From the sequence record NC_073073.1: a DNA stretch of 44,443 bases. One strand, given 5' to 3'. Shown piece after piece: positions 44,097-44,443 of this stretch. Below the pieces are notes generated by a model, which ran no database searches, was not told the origin of the DNA, and was given only the letters and a program-made list of their open reading frames with translations. The translations under genes were made by a program, and so were the position numbers. The DNA comes from Escherichia phage mckay. Within the stretch, counting starts at the first letter, position 1. The number at the start of each line of letters is the position of its first letter.

Positions 44097-44292
44097 TCAC
44101 CCCGTCGACAGGATGCAGGACGCAAACTGGAGAGGGGCAACGCAGGGGCCGGATCGAAGTGTCAGGATTCCCAACCGTGATTATATAACCCGGTCCACTA
44201 CCCGAACGGGAGAACGCGCAACCGGGCAATATGTTAAGGCCACCGACGAAGTTAACTGCCGACACCTAAACTTAACCAATCGGAGATATACC

Positions 44293-44443
44293 ATGTTTGA
44301 GCAAATCGTAAACCTGATCACTCGCGGCGTAGTAGCACTGGAAACCATCGCTAAGCATTATGAAACCGTTGGCGCTGCCGTTGGTAAACAGGAAGATAAG
44401 AAGCCGTCTAAGGCGAAAAAAGAAGTCGTAGAAGATGACGACG
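44293..44443 (+). CDS. Acidic early protein, N-terminal part (continues at 1-288 across the window end)
   Basis: ATG 44293 with GGAGA RBS; open to the window end and in frame with 1-288 through the 13-bp overlap. Confidence 0.6.
   Translation, partial: MFEQIVNLITRGVVALETIAKHYETVGAAVGKQEDKKPSKAKKEVVEDDD

Noticed and set aside
44011-44265. 84-aa ORF on the - strand in the early leader/control region
   Set aside because: It spans the sRNA terminator, the early promoter and the long leader of the rightward operon; no RBS, and the region is better explained as regulatory DNA.
1-44443. Search for integrase, CI-like repressor with peptidase domain, or excisionase
   Set aside because: No ORF shows tyrosine/serine recombinase or S24 peptidase motifs; the phage is likely virulent, or lysogeny functions are absent from this sequence. 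Absence of evidence only, since no profile search was run.

Overview
The window reads as a complete or near-complete ~44.4 kb genome of a tailed, siphovirus-type bacteriophage with a lambda-like tail module, presented circularly permuted: the last 13 bp equal the first 13 bp and one gene runs across the window end. Layout: a divergent control region (43890-44292) drives a rightward early/replication unit on the + strand (44293, across the end, to 12788) and a leftward unit on the - strand (43889 down to 12815); the two converge on a bidirectional terminator at 12790-12812. The + unit carries an acidic early protein, a DUF2800 Cas4-like nuclease, a DUF2815 SSB, a family A DNA polymerase, an HNH endonuclease, a VRR-NUC nuclease, an SNF2 helicase, two methyltransferase-like genes and a HAD-like phosphatase. 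The - unit carries an HTH regulator, a primase-helicase, an iteron-rich ori-like region, small middle genes, holin and endolysin, an HTH-fused metallophosphoesterase, TerS/TerL, portal, head genes, and tail genes G/G-T, tape measure, M, L, K, I, J and a tail fibre. Two + strand morons sit inside the late region (a lipoprotein at 14170-14388 and a 254-aa unknown at 30265-31029). The most unusual signals are a ~175 bp iteron-bearing noncoding element present twice (beside the primase gene and between the tail chaperone and tape-measure genes), a recurring TTGGTTGCA promoter/operator-like motif, and a candidate small RNA in the control region. No integrase, CI-like repressor, tRNA or CRISPR array was seen. 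All functional calls are from motif recognition and gene order by eye; no database search was run.
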